18,265 bases of DNA from a virus (Duplodnaviria > Heunggongvirae > Uroviricota > Caudoviricetes), in the IMG/VR virus record IMGVR_UViG_2541047922_000008. One strand, written 5' to 3'. Below the pieces are notes generated by a model. It was not told where the DNA came from. It searched no databases and worked only from the letters and a program-made list of their open reading frames with translations. Positions 14,864 to 18,265 of the stretch are shown in pieces (the stretch's first letter is position 1; each line of letters begins with the position of its first letter). A program made the translations under genes and the position numbers.

Positions 14864-15656
14864 GGCTGCTCACCTCCATGCGGCGGGCTAACCAGCGTTG
14901 CGAAAGGCGAATTAATTCAGCTTTCCGCTGGTGGTAGTCCAGGCCTAACTCAATCAGCGTGATATTGCTCTGCTCAAGGTAAGAAAGGTGCTCAAGCTGC
15001 AACACGCTCATGTGGTCGCGTGGTTCACCTGTGATGCCGTTCGCCTGCGCCCACTGTTTTGCAGTCATGCCACCCAGCACGATACGCGCCAGCATATTAG
15101 CTTCCGTAGTGTAGTGGTGCTGGAGCGTGTTTTTACCCAGTTCAGCCCGGTACGCCTCCAGCGCGGCACACATTGGCTTAAAGTAGCTGGCTACGGTGAT
15201 ACGGGCTTTCAGTTCCCGGCGTAACGCTGCGGAACGTACAGGCGCTACCTTGTGTAGCTCCTCCTCGCATTTGATGAAGTACTGACGAACGGCGCGGCCC
15301 TGTTCGGTGCGTTCGATCATTGCCAGTTCTTTCGCCATATTCAGGGTGAGTAAGTAATCATGAGCAAGCTGCTGGCGAGATTTTGCGCTCGCCGAATTGG
15401 GTGAGGTCAAATATTTGACGACTTCAAAATCTACTCCCTTTTTAAATCCATACTCCTCAATGCGCCCTTTAATCCAATTGGTGAAATCACGGCCTACCCC
15501 GAGCGCATTATGCAACGTTCTAGCGCTAACAATATTGGTTTCACGCCCGCCAATAACGCCGGAAATAACCGGGATAATTTCGCCAAAATTTTGCAGATTC
15601 TGGTTTTCAGGCCGAACGAAGCCCTGCCCCTGTACGGGCGTTTTTCGCAGTTTCAT
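14856..15656 (-). CDS. AntA/AntB-type antirepressor-family protein, 266 aa
   Basis: VSARTLHNALGVGRDFTNWIKGRIEEYGFKKGVDFEV ... DYLLTLNMAKELAMIERTEQGRAVRQYFIKCEE is the AntA N-terminal domain pattern. Confidence 0.85.
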   Translation of the reverse strand: MKLRKTPVQGQGFVRPENQNLQNFGEIIPVISGVIGGRETNIVSARTLHNALGVGRDFTNWIKGRIEEYGFKKGVDFEVVKYLTSPNSASAKSRQQLAHDYLLTLNMAKELAMIERTEQGRAVRQYFIKCEEELHKVAPVRSAALRRELKARITVASYFKPMCAALEAYRAELGKNTLQHHYTTEANMLARIVLGGMTAKQWAQANGITGEPRDHMSVLQLEHLSYLEQSNITLIELGLDYHQRKAELIRLSQRWLARRMEVSSHA

Positions 15657-15731
15657 AAAAACACCTGCTGTCGAATTAAGTTACTTTTATTTGCTAGTGG
15701 ATAGCTTGGGCAATAACCCGTAGCTATTTAA

Positions 15732-15929
15732 TCAGGCAGCCGTTCCGCGTGATTCGGCAATACGCTGATTGATCCATTCGTCAATTTCACTTTCAACGAA
15801 AGCAATCGCTCGCGAGCCAATTTTAACTGATGCAGGAAATTTACCTTGCCCCATAAGGCGATAAATCCATGCCTTGCTATATCCAGTTCTACGCTGAACT
15901 TCTGTTAAACGAATAAGCGTATTTGACAT
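15732..15929 (-). CDS. alpA: AlpA/Vis-family transcriptional regulator/excisionase, 65 aa
   Basis: LIRLTEVQRRTGYSKAWIYRLMGQGKFPASVKIGSRAIAFVESEIDEWI is the classic AlpA helix-turn-helix. GAGGT SD. Confidence 0.9.
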   Translation of the reverse strand: MSNTLIRLTEVQRRTGYSKAWIYRLMGQGKFPASVKIGSRAIAFVESEIDEWINQRIAESRGTAA

Positions 15930-15998
15930 CTATTTACCTCATAACGTCTACTCAATTTGACGAGGTAATCATGGCACAGAAATAACGAATATTTTCAT

Positions 15999-16109
15999 AC
16001 CCTCAGGCCTAATGGTTACCGGAAGGAAATTAACCCTAAGGGTGATGGTAAAATTGACGGGGAAGATAAAAAAAATACCCTCAGGGTAACAGTAAATCAC
16101 CCTCAGGGT
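15999..16109. repeat. four copies of the 11-bp palindrome ACCCTNAGGGT upstream of alpA
   Basis: accctcaggcc at 15999 (imperfect), accctaagggt at 16033, accctcagggt at 16077, accctcagggt at 16099. Spacings are 34, 44 and 22 bp. Confidence 0.7.
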
Positions 16110-16124
16110 ATGTGGTATGGTGCG

Positions 16125-16928
16125 TTAATCCGGCTTTGCGTTCTTTTGGCTGTTGTCTCGGTTAATAGGGCAGGCAGTCCTCTCTATGAGCGTTGCAAGA
16201 GCATTACTTGCCCCCCACTGCTTAAGCTCCCTGGTTATCGCTTCTTGATTTCCCCTGGTGGCAAAATCATTTTCTGGATCGTAATTGGCCCACTCTCTGT
16301 TTCTAATCTCAATAGCCTTAGCTAATGGGTCTTTATCCCAGTATTTATATAAGTGTATCGGGCGCTCTTGCTCTAACTGCTCTATCCTTGCCCTTAACTC
16401 TGCGTTTTCTCTTTCCAGCATTGCGATTTGGGATAATAAATCATCCTCTGTACGCAACTCTTTCTTTTCAATATCGCGTCCTTGTGCCTCGTCATTTTCA
16501 GAAGAGTTAGCGCCTTCCAGCTTCGTTAACGCGTCAAGGACATCGGGAAAAATTGCGAAAATTTCACCCCTTATAAATCCAATGTTCTCAAATTCGGGAT
16601 CTTCCCAATAACCGGACACCAGAAAACCATTTTCATCCCTCTCACCAGGTAAACAACCATGTTTCCGAACCGCATCCAGATTTCTATAAAGAACATCATA
16701 ATCAAATTCATCCCGATACGGGTTACAAAAAGATTCCAACAGCTTAAATTCATTTACTGTGTACAGGCGGATATGTTCTCCGCTTATTCTCCTGAGTATC
16801 CAAGTTATGAGATCTGAAACATCATAATCATCACCAGCGACCTTAAGCACGACCTCAAGAAATTCACGTAAAGAAATAAAATCTTTTTTGTATTCGTTTA
16901 ATTCGGCATGAATATCAATCATACGCAC
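16125..16928 (-). CDS. hypothetical protein, 267 aa, AT-rich, central coiled-coil; cargo gene between int and alpA
   Basis: GAGGTG SD. LSQIAMLERENAELRARIEQLEQE is coiled-coil-like. No family recognised. Two 60-nt lines hand-counted gave 25/60 and 19/60 GC, visibly lower than neighbouring genes. Confidence 0.8.
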   Translation of the reverse strand: MRMIDIHAELNEYKKDFISLREFLEVVLKVAGDDYDVSDLITWILRRISGEHIRLYTVNEFKLLESFCNPYRDEFDYDVLYRNLDAVRKHGCLPGERDENGFLVSGYWEDPEFENIGFIRGEIFAIFPDVLDALTKLEGANSSENDEAQGRDIEKKELRTEDDLLSQIAMLERENAELRARIEQLEQERPIHLYKYWDKDPLAKAIEIRNREWANYDPENDFATRGNQEAITRELKQWGASNALATLIERTACPINRDNSQKNAKPD

Positions 16929-17032
16929 ACCTCAGCGTCCTCTACTGTAGTGGCTGTGCCAGCCCGTCGAGGTATACGGTTTTTCGGGAGCGACCCTAGA
17001 CACAGCCTTTTCTTTCGTCGCTCAAAGTCTAC

Positions 17033-17052
17033 TACTGTATACTCAACCAGTC
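17033..17052. promoter_or_regulatory. LexA (SOS) box-like sequence
   Basis: TACTGTATACTCAACCAGTC has CTG-N10-CAG and 14/20 identity to TACTGTATATATATACAGTA by my count. It lies ~105 nt upstream of the 267-aa gene and overlaps the integrase stop codon. Confidence 0.35.
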
Positions 17053-18265
17053 ATCCACATTTTCCGAACTTGCCATGCACCACGTTGCCGCCCTGTTCCA
17101 GTGAGTCCATATAGTCGGCGTACCACTGGAGCATCTCGCGCCGCCCGTCCAGATATTGCGCATGATTGTACGTGCCACGAATTGAGTTCTTATCAACGTG
17201 TGCAAGCTGCGTTTCTATCCACGCGGTGTTATAGCCCTGCTCATGTAAAATCGTGCTCATCGTGTGCCGGAACCCATGACCAGTAACGCGCCCAGAATAG
17301 CCAATACGACGAATAAGCACGTTCATCGCCATTTCACTCATCGGCTTACTGTGCTGGATTCGACCAGGGAAAATAAACTGATACTGCCCCGTCATGTGTT
17401 TTAACTGTTCCAGAATAGCGATCGCCTGTTCTGAAAGCGGCACACAATGAGGACGGCGCATCTTCATTCGTTCTTTAGGCACTTCCCACAAACGATTATC
17501 AAAATCGATCTCCTGCCATTCTGCCTGTCGTAATTCCCCTGGCCGGAGCCCTGTCAGAATCAATAATCGCATACCCAGCTTGACGATCTGGCTTCCGGTG
17601 TACGTATTAAGAACGCGGAAAAATTCCGGCAGTTCGTCGGCCTTCAAATAGGCATAATGCTCTTTTTTGTGTGGAGCAAATGCGCTTGCCAGATCTGGTG
17701 CGGGGTTATATTCAGCGCGTCCGGTGATGATTGCGTACCGGAACACCTCGCCGCATCGCTGGCGAACCTTACGCAATTTTTCGGTCGCCCCACGGTCATT
17801 AAGACGGGAGAGAACCGCAAGCAACTCCATTGGCTTAATTTCTGCGATCGGCCTGCCGCCAATGTACGGAAAAACGTCTTTTTCAAACGTCTCGATCATT
17901 TCCTCGGCGTATGACGATGACCACCTGTCGATCCGCTTTTCATACCATTCGCGAGCGATACCCTCAAAAGTATTGCCAAATTTGCTCGCCTGTTCTCGCT
18001 TTTGAGCTTTTCTGGCCTCACTTGGATTTATACCACCAGCAAGAAGCCTTTTAGCCTCATCCCTTGCCGCTCTGGCATCAGACAGAGACACATCAGGGTA
18101 CACGCCCAACGACAACATTTTGGGCTTTCCTGCAAATCTGTAACGTAGTCGCCACCCTTTCGAGCCGTTCGGCTCAATGAGTAACGAAAGCCCGTTACCG
18201 TCATTGAGTGTATAAGCCTTTTCTTTCGGCTTCGCGCGCCTGATAGCAAGGTCTGAAAGCAGCAT
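17051..18265 (-). CDS. int: P4-type tyrosine integrase, 404 aa
   Basis: N-terminus LSDLAIRRAKPKEKAYTLNDGNGLSLLIEPNGSKGWRLRYRFAGKPKMLSLGVYPDVSLSDAR is typical of P4-family integrases. The C-terminal catalytic region contains RPGELRQAEW, HGFRHT and RGTYNHAQY. Confidence 0.95.
   Translation of the reverse strand: MLLSDLAIRRAKPKEKAYTLNDGNGLSLLIEPNGSKGWRLRYRFAGKPKMLSLGVYPDVSLSDARAARDEAKRLLAGGINPSEARKAQKREQASKFGNTFEGIAREWYEKRIDRWSSSYAEEMIETFEKDVFPYIGGRPIAEIKPMELLAVLSRLNDRGATEKLRKVRQRCGEVFRYAIITGRAEYNPAPDLASAFAPHKKEHYAYLKADELPEFFRVLNTYTGSQIVKLGMRLLILTGLRPGELRQAEWQEIDFDNRLWEVPKERMKMRRPHCVPLSEQAIAILEQLKHMTGQYQFIFPGRIQHSKPMSEMAMNVLIRRIGYSGRVTGHGFRHTMSTILHEQGYNTAWIETQLAHVDKNSIRGTYNHAQYLDGRREMLQWYADYMDSLEQGGNVVHGKFGKCG

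Larger units (their letters stand above)
1..18265 (-). mobile_element. P4/PICI-like integrative phage-satellite-type island; true boundaries cannot be set from this window
   Basis: Co-oriented minus-strand set: P4-type integrase, AlpA, antirepressors, Icd-like gene, DUF927 primase/helicase, iteron ori, ssb. The integrase start sits at the window's right edge, so attL/attR and the target (often a tRNA) are outside or unrecognisable. No capsid, portal, terminase or tail genes seen. Confidence 0.7.

Noticed and set aside
15711-15722. Isolated iteron-like TAACCCGTA between alpA and the ant gene
   Set aside because: It is a single 8/9 match with no partner repeats and could be chance. It is mentioned under the ori finding only.
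16940-16965. Second TACTGTA-containing sequence (ctctactgtagtggctgtgccag) as another LexA box
   Set aside because: The spacing is CTG-N12-CAG rather than N10, so it does not fit the SOS-box geometry.
1-18265. CRISPR arrays, tRNA/rRNA genes, IS elements/transposases, P2/P4-type cos site, reverse transcriptase/retron or DGR repeats
   Set aside because: An eye scan of all intergenic regions and ORF products found none. The scan is not exhaustive, and tRNAscan-SE, ISfinder and Rfam searches would be decisive.

Overview
Almost the whole window is one minus-strand integrative element that reads like a P4/PICI-class phage satellite. I found no rRNA, tRNA, CRISPR array, transposase or capsid/portal/terminase/tail gene.

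Gene order from right to left:
- P4-type tyrosine integrase at the right edge. Its att/tRNA target lies outside the window.
- AT-rich orphan gene.
- AlpA/Vis-type regulator.
- Two antirepressor-family genes (AntA-type and Bro-N-type).
- Divergent promoter/operator switch with a small ribbon-helix-helix (RHH) gene on the + strand.
- Structured leader RNA followed by an Icd-like gene.
- Two small unknown genes.
- DUF927-type P-loop primase/helicase.
- Iteron origin.
- SSB.
- ProQ/FinO-domain protein.
- Further unknown genes, then a terminator.

The left ~8.7 kb is a separate cassette with its own terminator:
- It encodes a small RHH gene, a 19-aa upstream ORF, proteins of 843, 686 and 918 aa, and a 104-aa two-TM protein.
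- Adjacent genes are joined by TAATG, TGATG or ATGA stop/start overlaps.
- The large proteins look like phage internal-virion/ejection ('polyvalent') proteins. Evidence is an RNNNPGN domain, glycine-rich hydrophobic segments, and an HEXXH motif inside an AT-rich insert.
- A satellite-type island carrying only such a module is my best candidate for an undescribed system.

Other notable signals:
- A G10 tract inside a small ORF at the left edge.
- Four ACCCTNAGGGT palindromes upstream of alpA.
- Repeated TGTGCGCACA operators.
- A LexA-box-like site upstream of the orphan gene.

All homology statements are motif recognition by eye. No database search was possible.
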